DNA of 64,000 nucleotides from an uncultured Brevinematales bacterium (GCA_964591955.1 CAZQBT010000005.1:6192-70191); one strand, 5' to 3'; shown: positions 27,713-38,079, counted from the first letter of the stretch. Program-made: numbers and translations. Notes: generated by a model from the letters alone, not told the origin.

Positions 27713-28377
27713 ACAAAAACCAACTTTTTTCACTGATAACCGCTTACGCAAAAAACGAATGGTGCAATATCCCTAAAGATGCTTCCGTTTCGGAAAACAG
27801 CTTGAAACTTGATGCGCTCTATAATGAATGTTTCCATTGCACAAAATGTTCTCTTTATAAAAACGCTACAAATCTTGTGTTCGGCACGGGCAACCCCGAT
27901 GCTAAAATCGTCTTTGCAGGTGAAGCGCCCGGCGAAGAAGAGGATAAGCAGGGACTGCCTTTTGTAGGTCGCGCCGGTCAGCTTCTGACACGCGCTCTTG
28001 AGGAAGCGGGTAGTTCCCGCGAAGACGTTTATATCTGCAACGTTTTAAAACACCGCCCGCCCAACAACAGGAATCCCAATCCCGATGAAATAGCGCTGTG
28101 TTCTTCTTGGCTCAAAGCTCAATTGGATATTATCAAGCCCCGGCTTATTATAACTCTCGGTAATTTTTCAACAAAACTCCTTCTGGATACCACAACCGGA
28201 ATTACGCGTCTTCGGGGAAAACTCCATCCATCCTCATTAGGCTATGATATTTTCCCGATACTGCACCCGGCAGCTATTTTACGAAATATGAATCAATTTC
28301 CCGAATTTCTCGATGATATAAAAACGGCGGTTAAAATATCACTGTCTGCAAACAAAAATTCGGGCGACGATATATGA
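27709..28377 (+). CDS. Uracil-DNA glycosylase, family 4
   Basis: CTKCSLY...[37 protein letters not shown]...HPAAILR. ATGA overlap with the rdgB stop. Confidence 0.85.
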   Translation: MNKNQLFSLITAYAKNEWCNIPKDASVSENSLKLDALYNECFHCTKCSLYKNATNLVFGTGNPDAKIVFAGEAPGEEEDKQGLPFVGRAGQLLTRALEEAGSSREDVYICNVLKHRPPNNRNPNPDEIALCSSWLKAQLDIIKPRLIITLGNFSTKLLLDTTTGITRLRGKLHPSSLGYDIFPILHPAAILRNMNQFPEFLDDIKTAVKISLSANKNSGDDI

Positions 28378-30359
28378 AAATAGCGGAAGTAGCTCTCAAT
28401 GTCCCTATTGAAGAAAATTTTTATTACATAATCCCCGAAGGCATTGAGGTTGCTCCTTACGTTCGCGTATCCGTAGAGTTCGGCAAACGCAATTTGAGCG
28501 GATTTGTAATAGCAATCCGCGAAAGCGAAACTATACAAGCCCGACTTGAAGGTTTAAAACTCAAGGAAATCAAAGACATTATCGACAAATCCCCCATTAT
28601 CAACAAAAACATAATAGATATTGCCGCTTGGATCAGCAGGTTCTATCTCTGCCCGTTCGGCGAAGCTCTTTCCGCAATAACCCCGTCGGCTAAAAATCCG
28701 AAAAAATATTCCCATCATTTTACATATACCGGAGAACTCGCAAGTCTCAACGAAGAACAAATCAGGGCTTATGAGACAATAAAATCGGGATTTAGCGGCG
28801 AACAAAAATCCTTTTTGATACACGGTGTAACGGGTTCCGGTAAAACCGAGGTTTATAAGCATCTTGTGCGCGACACCCTCAATAACGGAAAATCCGCAAT
28901 AATACTAATACCCGAAATAGCCCTGACCCCTCAAACTCTCGAAAGGTTTTATAGAAGTTTCGGAGATGAAGTCGCCATATACCATAGTAAATTAACACAA
29001 AACCAACGTTTGGGAGAATGGTTGCGCGCACTTGACGGAAATGCCCGCGTAGTAATAGGTCCCCGCTCGGCAATCTTTGCCCCGTTAAAAAATCTGGGAA
29101 TCATCATCATTGATGAAGAACACGAAACATCATACAAGGCGCAAAACTCCCCGCGATATAACGCCCGTCAGGTGGCGATGTTCCGCACTAAACAGGAGAA
29201 TGCCGTCCTTGTTCTCGGCTCCGCCACGCCCACTATCGAAACCTATTATTTCGGCAAAAACGGAAATCTTAAACTTTTGGAACTTTCCTCAAGATACGGA
29301 CAAACTCAAATGCCTGAAGTCGATATTATTGATATGACTAATGAGGAAACGGGAAACAGGATTATTTCCCGTCCCCTTATGACCGAAATGATGAAAACCT
29401 TAAGCGAAAAAAAACAAACCCTGCTTTTTCTTAACAGGCGGGGGTATGCTCCGGCTCTTATGTGCAAAAACTGCGGTTTTCTCTTTAAATGCCCGAACTG
29501 CGACATCGCTTTGACATTGCATAAAAAAAACAAAACTATTGAATGCCATCACTGCGAACATACCGTATATATCCCCAATGCCTGCCCGTCCTGCAAGGGA
29601 ATTGAACTTAATGAGGTTGGAAGCGGAACCGAAAGGATAGAAACTATGCTTTCCGAAATATTTCCGAAATCTAAAGTTGCGCGAATCGACTTGGACACGA
29701 CCAAGCTTAAAGGAAGCCTTGATGAAATACTCGACAATCTGCGCAAAGGTAAAACCGATATTATTATCGGAACCCAGATGATAGCAAAGGGACACGATAT
29801 AGCGGGAATAAATCTTGTAGGCGCGATACTCCCCGATATTATCCTCAGCCTGCCGGATTTCCGAAGCGCGGAACGGGCGTTTATCCTTCTGACACAGGTT
29901 ATAGGCAGGGCGGGAAGACGGGAAACGCGGGGCAAGGCTTTTATCCAGACTTTTTTACCATCCCATTATGCTATTCAAAATGCCGCTCTTCAGGACTATA
30001 AAAAGTTCTATGACAGGGAAATACAAAACCGCGAAACGTTTTTATACCCTCCTTTTGTAAGGCTCGGACGGATTGTTTTTCGCTCCAAAGATAAGGAAAA
30101 AGTCGCGGAGTTTGTTTCAATCCTCAAGCCGTTTATTGCCTCGCAAAAAAAACGCTTTGCTCCGGCGGAAATTCTCGGTCCGGTGTCCTGCCCTATCGAA
30201 AAGTTGAATAATCAATACAGGTATCATATAATAATAAAAGCGGAAAACATACGTGCCGTTAATCTTATTATGAAAGTCGTCAGGGATTTCTTCAAGGCGG
30301 GTAAATTTTCAAAATCTATATACGCAGAACTCGATATCGACCCGATAAATATGATGTAA
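28374..30359 (+). CDS. priA: Primosomal protein N' (replication restart helicase PriA)
   Basis: Walker A GVTGSGKT, DEEH box and Cys-rich Zn module CKNCGFLFKCPNCDIALTLH...CHHCEH...CPSCKG. ATGA overlap with the upstream gene. Confidence 0.92.
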   Translation: MKIAEVALNVPIEENFYYIIPEGIEVAPYVRVSVEFGKRNLSGFVIAIRESETIQARLEGLKLKEIKDIIDKSPIINKNIIDIAAWISRFYLCPFGEALSAITPSAKNPKKYSHHFTYTGELASLNEEQIRAYETIKSGFSGEQKSFLIHGVTGSGKTEVYKHLVRDTLNNGKSAIILIPEIALTPQTLERFYRSFGDEVAIYHSKLTQNQRLGEWLRALDGNARVVIGPRSAIFAPLKNLGIIIIDEEHETSYKAQNSPRYNARQVAMFRTKQENAVLVLGSATPTIETYYFGKNGNLKLLELSSRYGQTQMPEVDIIDMTNEETGNRIISRPLMTEMMKTLSEKKQTLLFLNRRGYAPALMCKNCGFLFKCPNCDIALTLHKKNKTIECHHCEHTVYIPNACPSCKGIELNEVGSGTERIETMLSEIFPKSKVARIDLDTTKLKGSLDEILDNLRKGKTDIIIGTQMIAKGHDIAGINLVGAILPDIILSLPDFRSAERAFILLTQVIGRAGRRETRGKAFIQTFLPSHYAIQNAALQDYKKFYDREIQNRETFLYPPFVRLGRIVFRSKDKEKVAEFVSILKPFIASQKKRFAPAEILGPVSCPIEKLNNQYRYHIIIKAENIRAVNLIMKVVRDFFKAGKFSKSIYAELDIDPINMM

Positions 30360-30368
30360 GGGAAAAAA

Positions 30369-32234
30369 ATGCAGGAACACGGCGAGTCAACGAAAATCAG
30401 GCTTTTGTTTATTTCGATAGCTGTCTATCTAATAAGCGGAATAATGTTCGTTCAGCTATTTACGCTTCAGGTTGTAAGAGGAGAGGCATATCTCAGGCAA
30501 TCCGAAGAAAACCGAACTCAGATTATTCGTATCCCCGCTTACAGAAGTATAATCTACGACAGAACCCGCCAAAACAAACTCGCACATAACCGCAAGTCTT
30601 TGGCTATTGTAGTAATACCATCCAACCTTCCCGAAAACATTGAAGAAAAAGAGGCAACCCTCTCCAACGCTTCGGCGCTTTTGGATATACCGATAGAACA
30701 AATCAAGCAAACCATAGATGAACAGGCTTTCGATAAATATACACCGGTTGTTCTGAAACACGATATAGACTACGGCACACTCGTAAAATTTGCCGAAAAC
30801 TACCAACTTTATCCCGGTCTTATGTGGGAAAACCGTCCGAGAAGAGTTTACGACCTTGAGAAGAAAGCCTCTCAGGTTATAGGATATACGGGTATCATAA
30901 GCAGACCCGAACTAAACCGTCTGCGCTCAAACCCCGAATACCATTTCGGAACTATACTCGGCAAGATGGGTATAGAGCGTCATTATGATGAAATAATACG
31001 TGGAAAAGAAGGTCTGCTTGAACGAACCGTAGATGCAAGACAAAACGTTCTGGAACAAACAATCCGTCTTGACCCCCTGCCCGGAGACCCTATTGTCCTT
31101 ACTATACATAAAGACCTTCAGGCTAAGGCTTACGAATTGTTCGGTGAACGTATCGGCGCGGTTGTCGTTACAAAACCCTCAACCGGCGAAATTTTGGCAT
31201 TGGTAAGCATCCCCGGCTTTGACCCGAACATATTTACCGACAGGTTTTCCACTGAGGAATTTTTTATTCTTCGCGATGATGAAAGCAAGCCGTTTTTAAA
31301 CAGGGCAATACAGGGCGTTTACCCTCCAAGCTCCGTATTCAAGATGATTTCCGGCTCTGCAATTTTGGACAGCGATTTCACGCCGTCAAAAAGCGTTACC
31401 TGTCGCGGGTGGCATCGAATCGGTAACAGGGTTTTCCGATGCTGGGATACTCACGGACCAAATATAGATTTTGTAAAAGGCATAGCGCATTCCTGCGACG
31501 TGTATTTCTATACGGCGGGACTTTATATAGGGCGCGAGAAAATCTTAGACTTTGCCCGCGCTTACGGTATGGATAAACGGACGCAAATCGACATACCCGG
31601 CGAAACTTTCGGACTTATCCCCGAAATGGAATGGTTTACCCGTCGATACCGAAGGCCTTGGTCCCACGGTGACACTGCAAATATATCTATCGGACAGGGC
31701 GACCTTCTTTCAACGCCTATCGGGATGAACGCTATGACTATGGCTATTGTTAACGACGGGGTTATCTACAAGCCTTTCCTCCTGAAAGAAATCCTGTCTA
31801 TCGTGGACAGGCAACCTAAATGGGAAAAGAAACCCGAAGTGCTTAGAAAGGTAAATCTTTCACCCGAACAGTTTGCCCTGTTGAGAAAATCTATGGAAGA
31901 CGTTACAAAATACGGGACGGCAAGATGGCTTCAGTATCTTACTCCCGTGCCGATAGCGGGCAAAACCGGAACCGGACAAGCGGGCGAAGGTAAGGAAAAC
32001 CACGCATGGTTCACCGCCTATGCGCCGGCGGATTTTACCGACATAGACGATGTAATAGTAGTTACGGTGGTAGTTGAGCATGGCGGTGGAGGTTCTGCGG
32101 TTGCCGCGCCTATTGCCGCAAGGCTTATCGACCATTATTTCAGGAATATACTCAAACGGGATTATCGGTTTAAACGCTCAGCATCATCCGCACCCGCCGC
32201 AAGGCAATCTCAAAACGAATCGGGAGAAGGATAA
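30369..32234 (+). CDS. mrdA: Penicillin-binding protein 2 (elongasome transpeptidase)
   Basis: N-terminal TM helix, S-x-x-K (SVFK), an S-x-D/N-like motif (SCD) and KTGTG. Immediately followed by rodA. Confidence 0.85.
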   Translation: MQEHGESTKIRLLFISIAVYLISGIMFVQLFTLQVVRGEAYLRQSEENRTQIIRIPAYRSIIYDRTRQNKLAHNRKSLAIVVIPSNLPENIEEKEATLSNASALLDIPIEQIKQTIDEQAFDKYTPVVLKHDIDYGTLVKFAENYQLYPGLMWENRPRRVYDLEKKASQVIGYTGIISRPELNRLRSNPEYHFGTILGKMGIERHYDEIIRGKEGLLERTVDARQNVLEQTIRLDPLPGDPIVLTIHKDLQAKAYELFGERIGAVVVTKPSTGEILALVSIPGFDPNIFTDRFSTEEFFILRDDESKPFLNRAIQGVYPPSSVFKMISGSAILDSDFTPSKSVTCRGWHRIGNRVFRCWDTHGPNIDFVKGIAHSCDVYFYTAGLYIGREKILDFARAYGMDKRTQIDIPGETFGLIPEMEWFTRRYRRPWSHGDTANISIGQGDLLSTPIGMNAMTMAIVNDGVIYKPFLLKEILSIVDRQPKWEKKPEVLRKVNLSPEQFALLRKSMEDVTKYGTARWLQYLTPVPIAGKTGTGQAGEGKENHAWFTAYAPADFTDIDDVIVVTVVVEHGGGGSAVAAPIAARLIDHYFRNILKRDYRFKRSASSAPAARQSQNESGEG

Positions 32235-33553
32235 TGATTAAAGAACATTTAAAAAACGTATCACTTGTTTACATAATTATCCCGTTGGTTTTAACTATAA
32301 TAGGGGTAATATTTATATTCAGCACGGGAATAAATCCCGACGGCACAAACTCAGGACAGTTTATCCGTCAATTAATATGGATAGCAATAGGTTTGGGGCT
32401 TGCCGTTCTGGTTTTGTCTATCGACTATTACCAGTTGGTTGAAACATCCGAATATTACTATATAGCAGGTATCGTATTTTTGATTTTCACGTTGCTTTTC
32501 GGAAGAGTTATCCGCGGTTCGCGAAGCTGGTTGGGATACGGGGGTATGGGCATTCAACCCTCGGAGATAATGAAAATATTTTTTATACTTATGTTTGCCA
32601 AATTTCTCGGCAAGGCTCCTGAAAAAGAAAAATCGTTGAGAACTTTTCTAATATCACTTGCATTAATTGCAGTTCCATTAGGCTTAATACTTATACAACC
32701 CGACCTCGGAACCTCAATCGTTTTTATAGTAGTATTTATTGTTATGTGCGTAATGGGAATAAATAAAATAAAATATTCGGTTTATCTGCTATCGGTAGCG
32801 GGAGTTACGGGATTTATGGTTCTTACAAGGGCATATTATGAATTTCATTATATAGAACACGGGGGCTTACCGATGGACTTTTTGACTATACTTTTCAGCT
32901 TTGAGGCGATGGTGGGTATAGCAATAACGATGTTTATAATAGCGGCTATCGCTTTTGTAATCGACCTGTTCCGCCCGTTGGAAATAATCAATAAAATCCT
33001 GCCGATTCCTTTAGTAATAGGGATTTCTTTTGCAGTATCCGCCGTTTCAATCAAGTTACTCAAACCATATCAATGGAGAAGGCTTCTTGTATTTCTTAAT
33101 CCCGAATTCGACAGGTGGGGTGCGGGATACAATATAATCCAATCCAAGATTGCCGTAGGGTCGGGAGGTTTTCTCGGCAAAGGGCTTTTTCGCGGAACGC
33201 AAAACACCCTCGGTTTCCTCCCCGAAAAAAACACGGACTTTATCTTTTCAATCATATCCGAGGAGCTCGGTTTTCTCGGAAGCGGGCTTATTATCTTACT
33301 ATTCTTAGTATATTTCTACTTTATAATCCGCTTAATTAAAGAGGCAAAAGATAAAGAGGGCAAACTTGTAGCCTCAGGGATACTCGCTATGTATTTTACG
33401 CATTTCGCCGTCAACGTAGGAATGACGCTTGGTATTGCGCCGGTAACGGGTCTCCCGCTGCCGTTTATAAGCTACGGGGGGTCATCGTTTTTAGCCTGTA
33501 TAATAGGCGCATCGCTGTTGGCAAATATACATTCAAGACGCTTTGTGCATTAG
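32234..33553 (+). CDS. rodA: Rod-shape-determining protein RodA (SEDS family)
   Basis: About 10 TM helices. PEKNTDFIFSIISEELGFLG and GLPLPFISYGGSS are SEDS motifs. 1-nt overlap with mrdA. Confidence 0.88.
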   Translation: MIKEHLKNVSLVYIIIPLVLTIIGVIFIFSTGINPDGTNSGQFIRQLIWIAIGLGLAVLVLSIDYYQLVETSEYYYIAGIVFLIFTLLFGRVIRGSRSWLGYGGMGIQPSEIMKIFFILMFAKFLGKAPEKEKSLRTFLISLALIAVPLGLILIQPDLGTSIVFIVVFIVMCVMGINKIKYSVYLLSVAGVTGFMVLTRAYYEFHYIEHGGLPMDFLTILFSFEAMVGIAITMFIIAAIAFVIDLFRPLEIINKILPIPLVIGISFAVSAVSIKLLKPYQWRRLLVFLNPEFDRWGAGYNIIQSKIAVGSGGFLGKGLFRGTQNTLGFLPEKNTDFIFSIISEELGFLGSGLIILLFLVYFYFIIRLIKEAKDKEGKLVASGILAMYFTHFAVNVGMTLGIAPVTGLPLPFISYGGSSFLACIIGASLLANIHSRRFVH

Positions 33554-33614
33554 AAATGCGGAACTGCCTTGCAAAACATATTATGCATTACAAGGCAACC
33601 CTTTATATTGCGAA

Positions 33615-33935
33615 CTAAGATTTCTTAAGTTTTACGGCAGTGCCGTAAGCAAGGATTTCGGAAGCTCCCGCCATAACCTGGGTAGAAACATACCTAAATC
33701 CGACAATCCCGTCAGCGCCTAAGCTTTCCGCCTCTTTAACCATCCGCTCATAGGCAATCTTTCGGGCTTCATTCATAAGCATAGTATATCCTTTAATCTC
33801 TCCTCCGATAATGGTTTTTAAACCTGCGCCGATGTCTCTAAAAACGTGTTTTGCCTTAACAATACTTCCGTTTACAACGCCGATTGTTTCGCTAACATCA
33901 AACCCTGAAATTGAACAAGTAGTCGAGACTTTCAT
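33615..33935 (-). CDS. ybjQ: YbjQ/UPF0145 family protein
   Basis: ...VVNGSIVKAKHVFRDIGAGLKTIIGGEIKGYTMLMNEARKIAYERMVKEAESLGADGIVGFRY... Start set to ATG 33935 (GAGGAGAG 7 nt upstream). Confidence 0.8.
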   Translation of the reverse strand: MKVSTTCSISGFDVSETIGVVNGSIVKAKHVFRDIGAGLKTIIGGEIKGYTMLMNEARKIAYERMVKEAESLGADGIVGFRYVSTQVMAGASEILAYGTAVKLKKS

Positions 33936-33974
33936 TATAACTCTCCTCAAAAATTTTTATAGTATAAATCGCAA

Positions 33975-34262
33975 CTATTCGTTTTTATCGACAATTAGAA
34001 AAAGCCCCTCAATGGAACGGACAACAACGTCATCATCCTTGCGGATTTTAGTCTCCGAAGTGGCGCGCCAAATCTCGCCTCTCACCTTAATCATCCCCCT
34101 GCCCTTTTCATCAAAGTCCTCAATGGCAATACCTTTCTCGCCAATCATCCCCTCCTTGCCCGACACGACACGGTTTTTAAGCGAAAGAAGGAGTAAGACC
34201 GCGGCTAACAAAACCAAGCCGCCGAGGACTATCGACAGTAAAAACATCATTATTAGATTCAT
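33975..34262 (-). CDS. Short NfeD-like protein (TM helix plus C-terminal OB-fold domain)
   Basis: 95 aa. ...VVSGKEGMIGEKGIAIEDFDEKGRGMIKVRGEIWRATSE...DDDVVVRSIEGLFLIV is clearly paralogous to the C-terminus of the upstream long NfeD. ATGA overlap with it. Confidence 0.7.
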   Translation of the reverse strand: MNLIMMFLLSIVLGGLVLLAAVLLLLSLKNRVVSGKEGMIGEKGIAIEDFDEKGRGMIKVRGEIWRATSETKIRKDDDVVVRSIEGLFLIVDKNE

Positions 34263-35632
34263 TTCTTTTTCTCCACAAACAGCTTGAGCCCCTCAACTGA
34301 AACAACAACAAGTTCATCATCTTTAGAAACGGATTCACTTTTTGAAACAGCGCTCCAAACCTCGCCATGAACGCGAATCTGCCCCTTTCCATCGCTGAAA
34401 TCCGAGACTGCCTGACCGACAAGCCCGACCATCCCTTCCTGACCCGAAACCGCGCGCTTCCTGAGAGCGGGGAAAAGAAAAACCAAGGCAAGCGCAAGTA
34501 AAGCAACAAGCGGAATTACAACCCCCGCAATCACCCCGACAGAAACACGCATAAACGGCAAATTCGTATCAAAAAGCATCGCCGAACCGATAACAAGCGA
34601 AAGTATCCCGCCCAAAGTCAACAGTCCGTAAGATGTTATACTAAATTCCATAATAAACATCACAAATGCCAAAGCCATCAAAAACAGCCCCGCGTAATTT
34701 ATAGGCAAAACCTGAGTTGCGTAAAGCCCGAGTATAAAGCACAATGCGCCGAGAGTTCCGGGAAAAATTAAGCCCGGTGTGCGAATTTCAACGCCTATGC
34801 CGGTAAGTCCCAATATAAAAAGAAGATACGCAAGATTGGGATTAGCAAGCACGGTCAACAGGTTCTCGCCCCAGCTTTTTTCTATATTGACGTAAGATAC
34901 AACAGTATCCTCTCCGTAAATTTGCTCCATAAGACTATCTATATCAACGGCGATAAAGTCGATAACGTTTTTCGCAAGCGCATCATCGGTGGTAATAGAC
35001 ACGCTTTCCACTACGGCAAGTTCAGCCCATTCCTTATTGCGTCCCCGGAGTTCCGCGATAGCCTTGATAAAAGCCACGGTATCCTGCTCGATTTTTTTAG
35101 CAAGATGCTCCTGCGAATCGTCTTTATTGTCGGCGCGATTGGTTTGCTCTGCAAGAAGACGTTTTAAAATATCTCCGATACTCTCTTCTTTATTATCCGT
35201 ATTTCCGCTTATAGAAACAGGGTGTGCCGCCCCAATATTGCATCCCGGCGCCATAGCAGCATACTTTGCCGATATGGTAATAAACACACCCGCCGAACCG
35301 GCTCTCGCTCCGAACGGTGAAACATAAACAACCGTATCAATACCGTCGCTGTCCGCGTTCAGAATAAGCTGGACAATACCGCGGGTTGCCTCAAGAAGCC
35401 CGCCGGGCGTGTCAAGGACAAAAACCACCGTGTCGATATTTCTATTTTTCGCCTCGCTCAAAACCCTGCGCATATATTTTTCGGTAACGGGGGTTATCGC
35501 CTCTTTAACCTCGGCAACCGCGACAGTCCGTATTTTTGCATCATTTTGCGCAACGGAATTGACTGCGGATATAGCCCCGATAAACAGGGAAAGTATAATC
35601 AATGAAACCGAAGCGATTTTTATGGTTTTCAA
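34259..35632 (-). CDS. NfeD-type membrane-bound serine protease (ClpP class) with C-terminal OB-fold
   Basis: VVFVLDTPGGLLEATRGIV...ARAGSAGVFITISAKYAAMAPGCNIGAAHPV is the ClpP-like domain. A multi-TM region follows, then ...VSGQEGMVGLVGQAVSDFSDGKGQIRVHGEVWSAVS...ELVVVSVEGLKLFV. Confidence 0.8.
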   Translation of the reverse strand: MKTIKIASVSLIILSLFIGAISAVNSVAQNDAKIRTVAVAEVKEAITPVTEKYMRRVLSEAKNRNIDTVVFVLDTPGGLLEATRGIVQLILNADSDGIDTVVYVSPFGARAGSAGVFITISAKYAAMAPGCNIGAAHPVSISGNTDNKEESIGDILKRLLAEQTNRADNKDDSQEHLAKKIEQDTVAFIKAIAELRGRNKEWAELAVVESVSITTDDALAKNVIDFIAVDIDSLMEQIYGEDTVVSYVNIEKSWGENLLTVLANPNLAYLLFILGLTGIGVEIRTPGLIFPGTLGALCFILGLYATQVLPINYAGLFLMALAFVMFIMEFSITSYGLLTLGGILSLVIGSAMLFDTNLPFMRVSVGVIAGVVIPLVALLALALVFLFPALRKRAVSGQEGMVGLVGQAVSDFSDGKGQIRVHGEVWSAVSKSESVSKDDELVVVSVEGLKLFVEKKK

Positions 35633-35696
35633 TATTCGCTCCTTAAAATTATTCTTTAATTAATATAAACGATTTGTGATATAAAGTCAATAGAAA

Positions 35697-36191
35697 TCAA
35701 AGAGCGATGTCTTGTATCTGTTTGAGGTTGCCTGAAATAAAGTCCACAACGACGCGCGAGGTTTCGGATACAATCGGCGCGATTGTTACCTGATCGCTTC
35801 CGGGTATAAGATATAAAACCCCCGTATTATACCCGATATTGAGGATAATCCCGACTATTATCAAGAGCTGCGCAAGACCGAGAACGCCTCCGAGCAATGA
35901 GTCAAGCCATTCCAATTCCATAAACTCAAGGACATTTTCAAGCAGATGAGAAAGTTTTTTGATTACAAAATATACTAAGATAAAGATAATTATAAACAGA
36001 ACGATATACCCGACCTGCCCGTATTGTTCGCTGAATATATGAGGAACTATTATCGGGGCAAGTTTTCCTCCGGCAAAAATTCCTCCGATTATGGCTATAA
36101 GGCTGAACACCATATAAACCAATCCCTTTCTAAAACCCCAAATAAAGCCCACGATAAGAATAGCAATTAAGGCGAAATCAACCGGATTCAA
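35697..36191 (-). CDS. cvpA: CvpA family membrane protein
   Basis: MNPVDFALIAILIVGFIWGFRKGLV... with four TM helices; a typical CvpA N-terminus. Confidence 0.7.
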   Translation of the reverse strand: MNPVDFALIAILIVGFIWGFRKGLVYMVFSLIAIIGGIFAGGKLAPIIVPHIFSEQYGQVGYIVLFIIIFILVYFVIKKLSHLLENVLEFMELEWLDSLLGGVLGLAQLLIIVGIILNIGYNTGVLYLIPGSDQVTIAPIVSETSRVVVDFISGNLKQIQDIAL

Positions 36192-36247
36192 TTTTATCTC
36201 CTTTTGCCTTTTTATTACTTGTCGGAATATATAACCCCAAAATGAAA

Positions 36248-36631
36248 CTAAACTAATTTCTCGTTTATCTCAATATACTCATAGTCGATTTTCTTGAAAT
36301 TGCGGTTTCGGTTAAAAAACTCGCGGATAACGTCATACTCATAGAAATCATAAACGGCAATATTTTTATATTCCTTAGCATCGTTAAACAAATTCACATC
36401 AATAAAAAGCTCGACACTGACCCCGTTTTTTTCATGCTTTAGGTTGAAAGAAATAATTTCGTAGCTGTTTTTTTCTTTTTTTTCCAAATCGCGCTTACGC
36501 AATTCCTGCACCTTTTCCAAAGCCTTTAGCGCTAAAAATGAACAAAACTCCCTGACCAATGCCTTTTTACCCGGTCTTACCCCCGTTACAAGATGATTAA
36601 AGACAATAGACCCCGCTATCGAATCTTTCAT
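36248..36631 (-). CDS. Hypothetical protein
   Basis: 127-aa ORF with no overlapping better frame. No family recognised. Confidence 0.4.
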   Translation of the reverse strand: MKDSIAGSIVFNHLVTGVRPGKKALVREFCSFLALKALEKVQELRKRDLEKKEKNSYEIISFNLKHEKNGVSVELFIDVNLFNDAKEYKNIAVYDFYEYDVIREFFNRNRNFKKIDYEYIEINEKLV

Positions 36632-36801
36632 ATTGCTCCCCGTAGATTTACGTCAAAAATATTATCGGAGTATAGGTCTCCGAAATAAAACGTTTATTTT
36701 CGCTAAACGGTCTTTTTTTAATTGCTCCCTTAGTTAAAACTTGTTTTTATACATATCGCAATTTATAATTTTATTTACTAAAGTTCAGGCAGGGGAAAAT
36801 T

Positions 36802-38079
36802 ATGTATAAATTTCTAATTTTGATAAATATTATTTTGTGCCTGTCGCTTATCGGGTGCGATAGCGGGGTTACAATCCAAGACCTTGACGCATCCGAATCC
36901 GACTATCACAGCGGGTTTTACAACCCGTTGATTTACAAAGACAATCTATTCTTTGAGGGTTCTAACGGCGCAAAATCCTACATATACAAAATTGAAGACG
37001 GGAAAATCCATAACGCCGTAAAAAACAAATCCTCATATAAAAGCAACTTCAATTCCCCTGTCGTATTCGATAAAAAAATTATCTTTGAGGGAAACAACGG
37101 GAAAAACCCTTTAGCTTATTCCTTTGACGGTAAACAAATCACGGTGCTAACAACTACCCCCTCCGATTACAAAAGCGGATTTGCCAATCCTTTCGTTTAT
37201 CGCGATACATTATATTTCGAGGGATACAACGGTAGAACATACAAAGTTTACGCTTATGACGGCGTAACCTTAAAGAACGTTCCTTATCAAGACGGTTACG
37301 CAGGCGGGTTTTCGTATCCTGCAGTCTATAACGGGCTTGTCTATTTCAGGGGATTTAATCAAAGAAACTCGCCCTCTATGTTCGCAATAAGGGACAATAA
37401 AATCATAAAGCCCGCGGGCTATAACGGCGATTTTAAAAACCCCTTCGCGTTCGACAACAAACTCTATTTTGAGGGAAGCTATCGCGAAACCAATGTCGCT
37501 TTTGTGTTTGACGGGAAAACCGTATCGCCGATTTTATCGGAAGATTCCGATTATCTATGGGGTTTTGACAATGCAATTGCGTTTAACGAAAATCTATATT
37601 TTGAGGGCAACTGCGGGGTTTTCGATTTGGATACCAAAATCTACCGTATTGACAATAACTCTATCAGAAATATCGAATCGCGGGTATCCGACTACCGAAA
37701 AAATTTCCGGTTTCCTATCGTTTTCGACAAAAACCTATACTTTTTCGGTGTTTACGGTATCGACTGGTTTAATTCGCGATGCTATAAATACGGCGGCGAC
37801 AAGATACGCAACATAAGCGCAGGCTCATCGGGTTACGCCAACGATTTTGCCAACCCCGTCATTTTCAACAATAACCTTTATTTTCAAGGCAGGCAAACCA
37901 GAAGTTTAAGCTCCGCACGCGTTTTCCGTTACCACTCAAAGCAGGTAAAAAGAATCCCAAGCCATAACTCATCCTACGCCGACTGGTTCGCAGAACCGGT
38001 AGTCCACAACGACAGGCTTTATTTTCGGGGGAACGACGGCGAGAAGCCGAAAGTCTATGTTATAAAGGACGGGGAGTAA
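36802..38079 (+). CDS. Lipoprotein built from about 9 tandem 44-aa repeats (beta-propeller-like, ELWxxDGT-repeat-like)
   Basis: Lipobox LSLIGC. Nine units of the pattern S-D/G-Y-x-x-x-F-x-x-P-hydrophobic(2)-x-x-x-L-Y-F-E/R-G-x-N-G-...-Y-x-x-D-G, for example SDYHSGFYNPLIYKDNLFFEGSNG...YKIEDG and SDYKSGFANPFVYRDTLYFEGYNG...YAYDG. Confidence 0.65.
   Translation: MYKFLILINIILCLSLIGCDSGVTIQDLDASESDYHSGFYNPLIYKDNLFFEGSNGAKSYIYKIEDGKIHNAVKNKSSYKSNFNSPVVFDKKIIFEGNNGKNPLAYSFDGKQITVLTTTPSDYKSGFANPFVYRDTLYFEGYNGRTYKVYAYDGVTLKNVPYQDGYAGGFSYPAVYNGLVYFRGFNQRNSPSMFAIRDNKIIKPAGYNGDFKNPFAFDNKLYFEGSYRETNVAFVFDGKTVSPILSEDSDYLWGFDNAIAFNENLYFEGNCGVFDLDTKIYRIDNNSIRNIESRVSDYRKNFRFPIVFDKNLYFFGVYGIDWFNSRCYKYGGDKIRNISAGSSGYANDFANPVIFNNNLYFQGRQTRSLSSARVFRYHSKQVKRIPSHNSSYADWFAEPVVHNDRLYFRGNDGEKPKVYVIKDGE

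Noticed and set aside
33554-33614. Terminator between convergent rodA and ybjQ (TGCCTTG...CAAGGCA)
   Set aside because: The stem is only 7 bp with a 19-nt loop and no U-tract on either strand, which is too weak to annotate.
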